64,000 nt of DNA, from contig MNCI01002682.1 in assembly GCA_015680685.1 (NCBI GenBank), positions 654,355 through 718,354 on the forward strand. The letters are read 5' to 3'. Both the position numbers and the translations under genes were made by a program. The notes below the pieces were generated by a model that was not told the DNA's origin, made no database searches, and saw nothing but the letters and a program-made list of their open reading frames with translations. The DNA comes from Gnetum montanum. Taxonomy: Eukaryota; Plantae; Gnetophyta. Shown one piece after another: positions 25,491-40,400 of this stretch (positions within the stretch are counted from its first letter, which is position 1; each line of letters starts with the position of its first letter).

Positions 25491-28400
25491 TTAGCCTCCC
25501 GACAAAACCCACGTCAAAATTATATAAACAACAGCCAAAATGCCAAATATAGTGCGGTTGTTCGCAAGAAACTCAAGAAGATAATCCTTCGTATCCATCA
25601 GCCAATCATTCAGCCTCTGAAACCTGTCAAAATACAAATCAACATGATGAAAATAACGACAGATTGATGTTGAATATGTTTCAGCGGACCAAATGCATCA
25701 AATCTTATGGAAATGTCTTTCACATGGCAGTAGCTCCTAGATATTAAACAAAAAAATATTTTGTAAAATTAATGAAATAGTCCAAAAAAATGCAGATTTT
25801 GTGTGGTTCAACGAGAATATTACAAAACTACCCTGATGAGAACTGAACTGACCTACTCACCAGCTACCTTCTACAACGATATCTTCAGTTTGATTGGCTT
25901 CATCCCTAGCAAATTCTTCTAGGATGGCTCGCTGCCGTTCAGTTATTTTTCTGCACCGAAAATTTATGCCAACAAAGCATAATGTACTTCATCAGTAACC
26001 AAGGAGAAAATATATATATATATATATATATATGCAAGAAGAGATGAGCAGATCTCTCAATGTTAGTCTAAGGGAGTACTTGCGAAACAGGTGACAATGT
26101 ACCGATCTAGAAATGCAAATTGAAATCATAAACAAACGCATCGCTGACATTCCCAGGTATATTTTTAAAAGGAACCCACAGGTGTTGGAAAATCTGATTT
26201 CCTACACTGAGTTTGTCTGAGCTACGGGAGCCTTTTGAGGCAAACCATGGATTTTCATTCTTACATGGTGAATGAAACAAAACTCCATGTAATTGGATGA
26301 TGGTGATGGTGACTGATGAAATAAAGCCATATGTTGATTGTGCCACTGTTATTTGAATTGTTTATAATATTCAGTTGGTAATTGAAATTGGGATAAAAAT
26401 TTTGCCTTTGGTCAGGTTGGGATCGGGAGCGTTAGAAGGGGTTGGCATTATCACCTCCTTCATCCACGCTAATCTCTTCAATAACCACATTATGATCAGT
26501 GTCATGAGTTTGACAATTTGTTTTTAAATTCAAAGTAGTCAGGGCTGCTAGGGTTTGTCCCTTAGCGATTTCTTGATTTGTTTTTCTTTTTATTTTGGCC
26601 AAGAGGCCAACTGCCAGTCTCATCCACCAGAGTCCTCCTTGGGCATGGTAAAATAATTTTATTGTTTTCAGGGTAAGGGAAGCTCTCCTTGTCACAATTT
26701 TTTTCTCATCATAATAGCTAAAGAGGAGCTGTATGACCAACATGCCAACTACGAGTTGCCTGAACTTTGTCATGGTAAATAAAAAGTTATTGTCATAACC
26801 CTAGATTAAGAGATGAACAGTTTCAGTGAAATTATTATTTTGACTAAGAATTCTGCGGAGAGGCTGACTACTTTGTTACCTGGACTTTGTCCCTGGAAAT
26901 AAATAGCTGGGTAAACAGATAAATTTTTTCATGAGAATTATCATTGAATAACATACACTGGTTTTGATTTTGATTTTTGTTTTTCAATGTGAAAATCAGT
27001 TCTCAATAAATCAATTTGAGATTTTATTAATTTCAAAAATATAAAAGATTCTCTCGGCCAAATAATAGATATGTATCATAAATATATAGCTAAACTAGTT
27101 AAATTATTAGTAGTCATGGCTGCTATGGTTTGTTCCTTGGCAACTTCTTGAAATATTTCTATCATGTCAAGTTTATCTTAATGTTATTGCTAATTTTCTA
27201 TGATCAACTATCTATCTGATACTATAGTCCTCTGAACGTACGTTTTTACCATGCCCCTAGGTGACACATGTTTAAGCATTGCCTCCTTAGAATCGAACCT
27301 GTGACTTGCACAACAAGAAGCCATATGCTCTAACCAAGTGTGCTATGGCTCACTGACCACAAACCAATATTAATGAAATCTAGAATCATGAAGGTCATAA
27401 TAAAAATCTACAAGTAGATGCTGGTGTAATATTAACGAGTCACTTTGCAGTTGACATAACATCCATAAGCCACCACTGAAATGCTAAACAGGGTTACACA
27501 CGAAAGCCTTGGTTATCATGGCTTTAATTTTAGTATTCAGATATGGAGGAAATTATCATAAAGGATCACCATCGACTTCAACGCAGCAAAGCTATGTTGA
27601 TCTTACAATATCAATTGAATATGGTTGAAAACACGTAAACGTCCAAGCATTCCAAAACATGAAGGTATCAACCAAACTCAAAATACTGTTCGGAAACCAT
27701 TCACTTTGTTAACAAATGATTCCAAGATGACGAAAAGCTTTCAATCTCTTAAAAAAATTATTACTAACTAAACAGTACATTCATAATGATCAAAGAAGGT
27801 AGGGAATCTCACTTCGGAATTTTGATTTGAAATTCAACATACTGATCTCCATGGTCATTAAACCCAAGACCCTTGGAAATCCCTAGAATGATAATGACCA
27901 GAAAACAAAAGTCTTAGAATCCAGTGGATTCTGGTATGACACAACATCCATAAGCTCAACGTTTTGCAGGTTCTCACCTTTTCCCCGGAGAACTAATACA
28001 TGACCTGGTTGAACCCCTTTTGGTATCTACAAAACAAAACAAAAAGAAAGAAAAATTTACTTGGAAATCTTCAAGAACTATTACGCAAAAAAAGTGCTTG
28101 GAATATTTTTTATGTAAAACAGAATAAACCATTGGCAAACATTCACTTAAAGAGCAAGTTTGCAATACACAATCATAATTCAAAATCCATCATTGCTCAT
28201 AAATGAACCTGGAAAGTATGACATTTTTCTTATGAACAATTTTCAACATTGCTATGTCATCTGTATTAAAGCTTCTTCCAAAATGCCGAATTTATAAGCT
28301 ATATAAAAATGATACAAAATACAATTATCATCTCTGAAAAACGTTCGGTGAAAGGAATGGCAAATAGAGAAGATATTATAACACCATATATTACTAAGCT

Positions 28401-31400
28401 AAAGGGAACTCACTGCAACAAGGAAAAATAAAGTACTGGGAAGGAGTGTATACAGAGAAGGAATATATATAGATATTAAAAACATCAGGAGATGTGAAAG
28501 GATGAGAAGATGAATTTGAAGTTAATGAAAAAGAGAGTATGGCAGCAGGTCAAATTTGTATATTCCTAAACAAGTTAAGATATGAACTAGTTAAAAAGTG
28601 AAGCCAATTTTTTCACTTTACACTGTTCATTATGTAACCTTATGCTCAAGTTGGTGCAAAGTTATTTAACTATTTGTTCCAAACCTATGTTTTGTGATTT
28701 GCAAAGACGGGGATTATATTATATAGTTATTTTATGTAGTATACAAATTTAAAGTTGGTCAACACAATTTTAGAGGTTTAACACTAATAGAGGTTGTATA
28801 AAGGCAGTTGGAACGGGAAAAATACAGAGATCTAAACAAAGATTAAAATGTTAGCAATGCTAGCGATCGAGATGCAAATGTTTGAAGATAACACAAGAGA
28901 AACAATGAAGAAGCATGCATGTGTAAAATGAAATAGAAACAACTCAAAAGAAATGTATTCACTGGATTCATCCAGTGGAGAGAAGACAAAGTGTGCATGT
29001 GTAGAATGCAATAGAACAGCTCAAAAGAAATGTATTTAATGGATTCATCCAATGGATAAAGGAAACAACTCTTCATAGGCTGTTTTAGAGTTTGGGTGTT
29101 CTTAGTTACCACAAAAATGCAACCACTCAAACTACAAAACATAATGATACACTTTACATATGTCAACACTCTCATAAGTTTAGATGGTTTTGGACCCACA
29201 ACTACGTGAAAATAAATTTTTTTTTAAGGAATCAAGACTGCCCAAAGGAAAACACTATGTAAAATACAAATACATCCTAATAACTAATAATTGTGGCTCA
29301 AGCAACCTTAAGTCTACCAAGTAGCCAATCATCTAGATGTGGGGATACTTACTCTCAATTAATCTCTGAATTGTTTAAACTTCCTCATGCACTTAATGAG
29401 TTGCACTCCAATTGCAAGTGCCTATCTTTCCAACTTCATTTGGTTTAAGATCCTTCAAAAGCTGATGTCTTGCACCTCTTGTACAGTTTGGGAGTCCTGC
29501 ACCTCATACCATTTTTGTTGTCGGAACTTACACAGGAGGTGTTTCTTGTTGACCTTGTTATCTTCTTAGTACAATTTATTGTTGCTTTAGAAATTGTTGT
29601 GACCACCTTTTATAAATTCTAAAGATTGGTGAACGAACCTCTTCTCAAGTCGCTGCTTTTAGGCTCAAACCCAAGCGTTTTTGTATGCTTTCCTAGGAGA
29701 TTTGTAACCACCTTCTTACAAATTCTAAGATTTGTGGCGACAAACATACAGGTTTGAGCCTAAGCTCTTCATCAGTGGCTACGCATAGGCTCAAACCTAC
29801 CTGCCTCTCCCCACAAATAGGTGGGTAGGTTCTTATATATTAGCATTTATCTAACCATATAAAGAAGCATTTTGTTCATTTAGTTTACTAGACTATTTTG
29901 TTGTTGTGTTTCTAGCACTTTGATCTCATGTCTGATCCATTCCCTCATTAGAAATTCTTTGAATTCTTTAAAAACATACACCTCATGTTTTGACGGTGCA
30001 ACTACATCCTTTTCAACAAGAGATTTCCAGAATTTAAGAAAATAAAAAACCTGCAATTGCATTCAAAGCATTTAATCCATACCTTTTTGGTGCAGTTGTT
30101 GGTGAAGGTGATCTAATTAACAACTGTCGAAATGTCTCTATTGACATTGCACCACACTCATCAAAGTGTACCAACTCCAACTGTCTCGTAACCTCTTTGA
30201 TGCTCCTCTTGAATGGTTTCCATATTGCTTTGTCCATAATGCAAGCCTTACATGTAGTGCCTTCACTTGCAGAAAATTTGAAACATCCTTGAGTTTGCCA
30301 ATCCTTTTCAAACGCACATATCCCACTTCAACATGTCAAAGTGCTTCCTAAGAGAGCTTTATTGAATTTTGCACATTGGCAACCATTCAATATATGCAGC
30401 ATTCACAAATTATTGTGAAAAAACTTGTCCTTGTTGATCTATTAGTGCTCTACCATTCAAGTACATAAACTTGTCTTCAAATTGCCCTCTAAGGTACTTG
30501 ATGTCATTCTTCATAACATGTACCTTTCCATTAATGATCATGCTAATGTCAAAGCCTTTCTAACTAGCATACTTGTGATAATAGATTTTGCTTCAGACTA
30601 GAAATATTTGTTCAAACTAGGGATCTCCCTTAATTGGAGTCCATCAAAAGATTTGTTCAACATAAATCCTATTCCTTCAATTGCATGTAAGTTTATTTGG
30701 CATCTTGACTAAGGAATACTTTTTGTTTAGTTCATGGAACAAATCTTTATTGGGACACATGTTGAGTTGCCTCCATATCCATGATTCAATAGTCATTTTC
30801 ACATGTTGTACTAGAATTTGCACAACCAATGACATTAATGTCACTATTGAACAATCTAGCTCGTTCCTAACTATTAGATCTAGAAGGTTGCAGTTTTGCT
30901 CTAACAACATGCATAAATGATGTAGATTTTTTATCACTATCAATGGAGTTTGATCCCTACCTAGCCTTCTCCATCTAATATGCTTAGCATTTATTCATTT
31001 GATAATATGGAGTTCTATACTCCATTCCAGAAAGCCCTTTTTTGCAACACCTTTTGTAGGCCATATTCTTCTTCTTTTTGTTAGAGTTCTGTTTTTCTTT
31101 TTAACTCTCATCCCTCTAGCTAATTTACGTTTTCTTATGCTTATCCGTACCCTACGAATTTTCTTTCTTGGTACTATCATTGTATTTTTCCTACCAAGGG
31201 TTTCAAGATCTATACCTTTCAGCCTATCATCTATTGATAGTCTGGTAATGGCATAATCAAAGGTAAGAACTATTTGAGCACTTCTGATGAAAAAGACCCA
31301 AGCTATGAGAAAGGTCTCAAGGTCAGCAATTCCCCTAGTTCTTTCCCATGGTTCAGAGACCATGGAAATCTCTAAGTTATATGTTCATGGCACTCAAGTA

Positions 31401-34400
31401 TTAGAAAACCACTCCGGCTTGGCAGCTCCAAAGAACAATGAGGCCCCAACCTATTTCCCCCTTTTTGTCCTTCTCATCATCCCCTCACACATAGAACTAC
31501 ATGGGGCTTGATTCTACATCGATTGTAGATATGTAGGATAGCCTGGATTGAATAGTTTAGGTGCAGCCCAATGTCGAACCTTGTACCAGATCATAAGGGA
31601 TCTAGCGGTGAGGCACTCCCTATAGATACATCGTCATTACCCACTGATAATGTCTATGGGGTTTGTTTGCTTGCTTGCTTGTCCTCATTTGAAATCATAG
31701 ATGTTCTCCTAGAGCTGTATATACAACTTAAGAAATTTGGATGTGCTACATGCTTCCTTCCATATAGTTGAAGAGGATGCATTGCTCACTTGGAGACATA
31801 GTCCCCAAGACTTCTGCCCCAAACCCAATGGATCTACAGAAATTCCTTGGGTTGCAAACAACGTCGGGGCAACATTGTTACTAATGGTATTGGAGCCTCC
31901 TTTGATGTGCAAAAATGAGTGCGATGTTCTTCTAGTTTGTTGGGTTTACATTTTGGCTTTGAGGTTTCCTATGTGTGGTCCTTTCAATTGGATACCATAT
32001 TTGATATTAGATCATATCAGTTTTACCTCTTGTATCTACCATTGGGCTGCCCTTTTGGTAAGGCTCTTGTTATGTTGAATTTTGGGGTCGTTGTTCAACA
32101 CTTGTAGCCTTTGTTGTGTTGCATATTGATGATTAGACATGGCTGCGTTTGATAGGCTTTCCTCCAGTATATTTTCATTGGTAGTTAGACAAGTAATGTG
32201 TAGTTCTTTAAGTGGTTGATGGAAGTTCTATTGGAAATACTATTAATGTTGTACAAGGAGCTTTCCATCCTTAGTCTTCAGTGGTTCATCCAAGATGAAT
32301 TGGACCCAATCTCTGCTCCAATCTCCACCTGGATAACATGTGCTAAGATGGCTTATCTTGGTTGTGTAGGATGTAGAATCCTTGCACCCCCACTTCTATT
32401 ATTGAAATATGAAGTGCAGGTTTCATAGTCCTGGGCCACAATTTTGCCCAGTACCTCTTGTTGGAGGACCTTTAGACACGTGCTTATGTTGAGCCTTAGT
32501 CTGGGTGGAAAAAGGCCATCGCCAGTAGACTAACTTACGTTCGTGTTTGTGTTTGTATGTATGTTTGTTTGTGTGTGCATATCTTTCCTTTAGTTGTGTT
32601 TCGACTCTCTCATATGTGTTACTCTTGCTTCAACTATCGCTCGCTATCACTTGGTTTTTGTGTTTACCATGGCTCGGCTGTGGCTCCATGTATCTCTTTG
32701 GTTTATTGTGGTTGGATTTTGCGGGTGCATCTTAAAGCCTTGTGTGCTTCTTGCTAGACTAGTTTTTAATACAATATTTGCTTTCGATGCCATATTATGC
32801 TTCGAGTTCAGTTACCCTTTATGTGGGTTGTGTGATTTTGCATTCTTCTCCTAGAGACAAGAAGTGTTTGCCCCTTAGGCATTTTATCTTGAGTTGGTGC
32901 TTTTGAGACCTCAAAGAGGCAAGTCATTCTTATTTTTGATCTACTTCAGGACCTATTCTCCTTAGATGAGTTATTTCCTTGGAGGTTACACCTTCTCTAT
33001 TGTAGTTTTGGGTTATACATGTTTTGAGACTTCTCCCTCTTGTGATTGAGACCTATTGCAATCTATCCCAACCTCTTCTTTGTTGTTACAGGATGAGGTT
33101 GTCAATTATTTTTCACTGCCCGCTTGTGGTTTTAATGAGACCTCTAATCTTGATGAGGTTGGGTGTCTATGATTGGATACCCTTATTGGTTGTGAATCTC
33201 TAGAATTTTGGAAGTGATCCAGTTGCTTCTTGTTAGGGTGTCAAATGCTTGTTTTGTGTGAGTGTGTCTTAGTTGCCCATGTGTGTCCTTCTATGATGGA
33301 TCTCTGTGCATGTGGTTACGGTCTTGCTCTTTCTAGCATCTAGAGATTGTTATATCTCTCTAATTTTTTATCATGCTCATTGGATGCATTGTATAACTTG
33401 TGTGCTACATATGACCCCTGCTAACTCCGAGTTGTTTGTCTCAACTTTGTAGGTAGCACAAGTTCAATAATGTTGAGACAGTGGAAACCTCAATGTTTTT
33501 GTGAGTATGATGTCTTGAGGGAAGATAAGTGTTCTTGAGACCATAATAAATTGATTATTTGGTCTTAGATCTATGAAATTGGGATGTGGATTTGTCAGTA
33601 CCAATGTTGTATCAAAATAGCTTGGTGCAACATGATTTGTTTGCCTCTCAATGCTTTGGGTAAGCAATTATAGAGGACTATTGCCAATTCTAAATCCCTT
33701 CAAGTTTTTTGGTTAAGCAAAAGGCATGGAATAGTATCCTTGGTCTTGCCAAATACTGATGAGCCAAGAGTGGCCAATGCCTTAAGGACCTACTGTGGTA
33801 GGTGATAAATCTTCTAACAATGCTCTAGCATTTGCTCATTCATTGCGTTCACGTTCCACTCCATTGGTTCCAATGGCAAATTTCATTGGTATCAGTGTTA
33901 CAATTAGCAATGTACACTCAAAGATAGGTTTTCAAATCAGAATTGTGCAGCTTTGGTCTTGCTCCTGATGGCTTGAAACCTTAGCCTTAGGATGGGCTTG
34001 GGTAGTGTGTCCTCAAACCTATTAGGCCTAGTAGTGTTCCCTATTGTTGTATGCTATGTCTACCAAAAATCATCATTGTTCCATGTATGTTCTACTATAT
34101 TGATGTAATAATATTGTTATTGGTAGTTCATGTATGAGGGAGATACAGTTCCTCGTGGTTGGTTCTTGTGTTCCCCCATGTTGTAGGACGTCACTAAACC
34201 TTGGGGTGAGGCCAAATCATATGAACAAAGTTCCTTGTACAGCTAGTCTCTCTTATGGATAGCACTCCTTGATGCATTGCAGTCTCTCTCCATTCTGTAA
34301 AATGAGAGCTCTGAGAACTCTTTGGCTTGTTCTAACAAGTTGTTTGAATGGTATTTTGGAGGTTGTGGTATGTTCTTGGTCGCGGTTTTTCTTGAACAAA

Positions 34401-37400
34401 TGGTCGTATGCTTCCATGGTGATCGTTGCATGTTATAATGTGGTCTGGTTTGATCTCAGACTCTCCTTTGAGGATCACATGTTTTTGCAGTGATCTATTC
34501 CCGATTGAGCAGTGGTTGATCTTGGTAGAGTTCCAATTTGTTCTTATGTTGATCTGACAATAACAGCAACTGTATTCCTCATGTCTGCATTCCAGTCAAT
34601 AAAGTTCAAAGACAGAAATTGTGGCAGGTTCTAGGATGTTGGTTACTTGGCCAACCTTAGGAGAGATGTGAGCCTTGGATTTTGATGATTTGGCTCCATC
34701 TTCCTTGGGTATTTGTGAACTTGAGATACTGTTGCAGGCCATGAATCGATGCTCCACCTCTAAACACAATTGTTTAAGCTCCTCTGATTGTTGGCCTCTT
34801 TTGGTGGTCACTCTTGATATTTTCCATACGGGGAAGCAAATCCTTCCCTAAGAGTCCTCATGACTTGGGACTCATGGCTCAATTTGGTTGGGTTGTATGG
34901 CCCCTCCTCTCATGGAGGTGCTAAATGAATCAGTGCACCACTTCTCTACAGATGTGCTCACACAGTGTTGACAGTCAGTTGTTTTAGCAGCTCTTTCTAT
35001 GGCCTGATGACATGGCCTACTCTTATCATATACAGATCCCTCAATGGTTAACAGATTTTGATTGATTCAATTTGTACATTTAGTTCCCCTTGATATTCAG
35101 AATACAGAATATGGTTGTGCTTAATCTGAACTTCAGCCTCGAGCACCTAACAACTCTTGGGACTCGTAACAGAGACAGGGTGTAGTTACAATGCTCGAAT
35201 CCATAAATTCCTTTACAGATGCAATTGGTGAAGCAGGCTTGGTGTTCCTACGAATTCTTAAACAATGTGTGATCTGTTGAAGTCTCTCCTGGTTCCATTG
35301 CTTTTGATGGACTTTGCCAAATGGTTCTCTGCAGTCTTCCACAAACTATTTGAGGACCTAACAGAAGTCAGCAGCTAGTAGATTTATCCTAGTTATTCGT
35401 CTTTCAATGCTCTGCCAAAATTCATTAAGGACCTAGTTCTACTAGTGACTGTTTGTTAACAGATGACATTTGTCATTTGTGACTATATGAAACAAAACAG
35501 ACAGAGTTGAGGCCTAGTCCATCTCAGATGATTTGGGTGTTGGTGTTGTGTACCATGAAGGTGAAATCTACATCCTCCTCATGATAGCACCAAAGGTGGA
35601 CACCTTGGCACATCGCTATTGGTCCTTGGTGTCAGACAGAATGACGGGTAAGACATTCAAATCCATGTCTTTTCATAACATAGAGCAATTATGCAAAACA
35701 ACAATGTTGGCTTGGTTGCTTTCCTTGGCTTGTACGATGGTGATGATGTAGATTAGATGGTGGACTCACTTTGGGGAGAAACCTCACAATGAGGATCTCT
35801 CAAACGTGTTTTCCAGTTTGACAGAACACAAGTTTTGTGTGATCAATTTTGTTGTTCAGATATTCCTAGTATAACAGGAGCTACAGATCCTATGGACTCC
35901 GATGTTCCCCAAATTTTGTGGTAGAGTTTTGTCCTATGAAAGCTTGCTAAGTGCTTCCCTTCCTTAAAAATTATTTAATGAAAAATGGTGTTTGTCCCAT
36001 TTCCTATGGCAGGGTGATCAAATTTTATATTTGGACTTCAGTTGGTTCTTCTCTAGTTGGGTGCAATTGCTATGGTTAATGATGTGGGATGAGGACTGTC
36101 CTAGGGCCATTCCCCTAGCCGTCCTCAGCTCACTTCAACATTTGAGCCATTAAACTCTATGTTAAGACATACTTTTTTAAAAAAGAAAAAGTAAACCGGA
36201 TTCTATAGTGGTTGGAGCATATCCAGTAATAAAAGGTTATACATGAAGCACACCGGAAAAAGATTACAAATCCCAGTAACAGAACAACCCAAAACAAATG
36301 CAGTATTAAGCTAGGAAAGCATCACCATGATGTCTTAGAATAATAGAACAATCAATGATGAACTGTTTAGCAAGTACAACAGGGTTACTCTTTTCTTGTT
36401 GAAAACCCCACCTATTGCGTGAAACCCACACTGTATGTAGTGCTGCTGCTACAAATGTTTTATTTCAGCATCGCTTCCATTTCTCTCCCAACTATGTTGG
36501 GCATACTTGATAGTTTTAAATGGCAACAAGTATATGGAATGCCTCAGTTGCTTCTTGGAGAAGTTTTCCAAGCAAATTTGGTCTTCTCCATTGATTTAGA
36601 TATGGATGTATGTTGTCCCACAATGGCAAAATGGTTTGTGGGCTTGTCCATCCAATGACAGTTGGAACAATTGATCTACCTATGAATCTTGTTTGGGAGG
36701 AGGACTTTTTGCATCTTCCTTTCCACCAGCATAGACTTATGATCTTGAAACAATGGTTGTGGTGTGAACTCAGTGTTCCAGCACTTTATTGGTTGGACTA
36801 GCGAGATTCCTTTGGTCTCAAGGCTAGAGAGTAGAACCCAGGGTTCTAGCAAATTTTGTATTTGCTTGTTGAGGCATGGCTTCCATGGAGAATGCTCTCT
36901 TTGAGATGAAGTCTTGCAAGTCCATCATCAAGGTTGAAAATAAATTCTAGCAAGCCTTCAAATTGATTTTTGAAAAAGCCTTCTCATCGATGGGTGCCAA
37001 GTAGCCATTCAAGAGGCTCTCAACTAGACCAGCTAAAGGAATGAATCTAAGGGATGCCTTAGAGATGTTAGTCCTTTGAGTTGACCTTACCCCTTTCGCC
37101 ATGGAGTAGGGACGGTAACTTGGTTCCATCAAGTGTTCTTCATATTTCATGTGAGGCTTTGGTCAAAAGGAGATAACAAATCTTCGGGTACAGTACCTTC
37201 CTTTGAGCCTGCTGCCATTTGAGATGAGTTACTCTCTGAAATTGGCAAAATTCGAACTTGTATAAGAAGTGTACTCTCGAAGCTTATTGTAGACTCCGCT
37301 CCAAAGACATCACTTCTTTTGTGTAGGGAAGGATTGTGAGAAAGTTTTCAAGGTTAGCAGTTCCCCTATTTCCTTCCTATGGTTTGGGGACCATGGAACA

Positions 37401-40400
37401 CTCTAAGTTATATGTTCATGGTACTCAAGGGTTGGAAAACCACTATGGCTTGGCAATTCCAAGAAACAACGAGGCTCCATCATGTTTCTTCCTCTTTGTC
37501 CTTCTCATCATCCCCTCACACATAGAACTACAATGGGCCTAATTTTGCAGTGGTTACAAATATGTAGAAAAGCCTAGATTGGATAGTTCAGATGTGGCTC
37601 CACACCAAACCTTGTACCAAATCAGAAGGGGTTTGGAGGTGAGGCACCTCTTGTAAATACACTGTTGTTACCCTTTGATGATATCTATAGGGTTGTTTGC
37701 TTACTTGCTTGTTTGTCATCATTTGAAGTCATAGATGTTCTCCTAGAGGTGTATATACAACTTAAGAGATTTGGATATGTTGCATACTTCTTGATAGTTG
37801 AAGAGGGTGAATTGCTCGCTTGGAGGCATAGTCCCCAGGTCTTCCACCCCGGATCCAATGGATCTAAGGGAATTCCTTGTAGTGTCAAACAATGAAATCT
37901 ACGGTTGTGCACCTACAATCGTTGCACATGCCACCTATGTTATGCAAATTTATGTGTGCATAATGTCACATAGATCTATGTGCAAACTTGTATGCACATT
38001 ACTTATGTTCTTTTATGCACTATTATATGCCTTCGTGTATAAATATATGCTTTTGTGTGCTGGTATGTATCACTGTGTGCTACTTTATGTCTGCCTTCAC
38101 ATGTTGTTGTTGTCTTTGCATGTTACTATGTGCCTTTGTGCATTGCTGCAATACATTCCTAGTGAACTTTGGTATCACCTCTCACCTAGTGATCACTCAC
38201 TCTCATGTATTTCATCTATATGTATTTTCTCTCATGTTCCTTTCATGTGTATCTCTCTTCACACAAGTGATTAAAAAGTTATCAAAACAACTTTTTTTAG
38301 TTCCTAAAAATGTTCAAGAAAAAGTTGGTAGAAAAAGTCATATTTAAAAAGGCAATTCATATTGCACATTATACAAATATGCATAATAAACATAGACAAC
38401 AGAAATAAAGACAGAATATAAAACATATTTTAACAAAGAACATAATCAATATGTAAAGTTACAAATTATATTACTATAAGCTTAAATACTGTTAAAGTTC
38501 ATTTGTTCCCAAAAACATATTTTAACAAAGGCTTAAAAAGATACAGCATGTTTTATTAATGTCTAATTGTAAAAGGTTCATAATATATTAAACATAAAGC
38601 AACAAAGTAAGTATGATTCAAATGCATCTGTTGGTATGTTTGGTGTAGTTCCATCTTTCTTTTCCTTCAAATTCCTTCAATAAAATTAAGCTTCTTGAAT
38701 TGTTTATTCAGTATCCACTCTAATAGCTCCAAATGCCTATGCATCTCGCTTCATTTCTAAATATTCATTCATCGTTCTCAAAGGCTCATTTTCTAAATTT
38801 ACATCAAGTCCTTTAGCCATGTCATCTACATCTTAATTAGGAGTCATCATCATAACTATCACTCTCACTATTAGAGTCATCATATTCTACAAGATCATCT
38901 GAAAAATCATCATCATCATTAAGTTGTACATTATAAGTTCATTGAGGCTTAGGAGAAGAGGAAGCTTGTTAATCAATTTTTATTAAATTTTTTAACTTTA
39001 ATTAAGATTGAGGAATTCTGAATTTAATTCTTTCAATTGAAACAAATTATAAATCTTTTATTATATTGAAAGGAAAGTCACCATTTTTCACAACTCTACT
39101 CTTTTGAAAAAGTCAGCTATGCTACGCTACTATTTTGAAACAGTAGAGTAGTGAAAAACTTTATTGAACACATCCATTATTGAACACATCCATTGTGCTC
39201 AGGATTTATTGATACTGATGTATTTTGCACAAGCTCATTTGTCTGATAGATAACAATAAAATATCATTATCAATACCCCCAAAAAAAAAAGCTGCCTGAA
39301 AATGTCAACAATTTTTTCCCAAAGTGATGAAAGATAGCCAATTTTTAATCACTGCTTCCCACAATCCAAACTTTAGCTACAACTAATGCACTCTAATACC
39401 ATGCTAGCCTTTGAAAGGTGAATACTTGGAGCTAAGAAACAAGAAGGAAATGTGTGTTTGTAGAATGCAATAAAAGTAACTCAAAAGAAATGCATTCAAT
39501 TGATTCGTTCAGTACATCATACAAGAAAAGAGGAAGCACCTTTTTAAAAGCCAATTAAGGGCTAGTTTTTCTTCATAAACACAAAATGAAACCCACTTAA
39601 ATTACCAAACTTAATGCTATACTTTTAAGTGTCTCAACAGACAAAATTATTCTGTGGGTTGCTTGAAAAAGTTGGGAAATTGGAAAAACTGGGAAAAATT
39701 TTGGGAAATACTTGTTAAAAGATCAACAATATGCAAATTAAAAAACCTTGAAAAATATTTTATAGCAAATTATAGCCAAAATTACTGACCATACAAGTAT
39801 ATAAGCATGTGCAGAAATTCCCTCATCTCTCCATTACCAAAATATCTAATATGTTATTGACACAAAATACTATTGGTATTCTGTTTAAGCATAACCTTTT
39901 ATAATCCTATGCTAGTTTTTTATAACGTTTTGGAACCTATACTGTTTTAATGAAAAATTACATTTTGTTCAAATAACTCAAATTAGTAGCTATGCACATG
40001 AAAGCACTAACTTTATTAATCCAAAGTACTGATACTAATAGAACAAATAAAACATGAAAATAATGTAATCAATTCGTGCTTTTATAATTTTATTACTTCA
40101 GTTAGCATTTCCGTTATTTATAAGTTTTAAAACAAATTTCTTGTAGAACCCTGTGAGAATTATTCAAAATATTTGCAACTTTTTGAAAAACACTATTTGT
40201 GCAACTGCTTAGAAAATTTCAGCTGAAAAAATCATGAAATGATGAAGACCTTTTCCAGCTGAAAAAGTTTGATATTTTTCATCAATTCAAATATTTTTTG
40301 CAGGCTTTTTTAATCATTGGATCAGTGTTGAGGATAAGTATTCATTCAGATCTCTTCAGGGGAGACTCATACAACGACTGGCACAGATACAAGTGGAGCT

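Noticed and set aside
27280-27352. Functional tRNA gene
   Set aside because: Only A/B boxes are present, with no convincing acceptor or anticodon stems; treated as a SINE.
38340-39150. DNA-transposon remnant with an Asp-rich minus-strand stretch
   Set aside because: Neither a paired TIR/TSD nor a transposase motif could be established.
28849-39639. One Copia element spanning both short LTRs
   Set aside because: The LTRs differ in length and sequence and the flanks (TAAAA vs GACAA) give no TSD; possible but unsupported.
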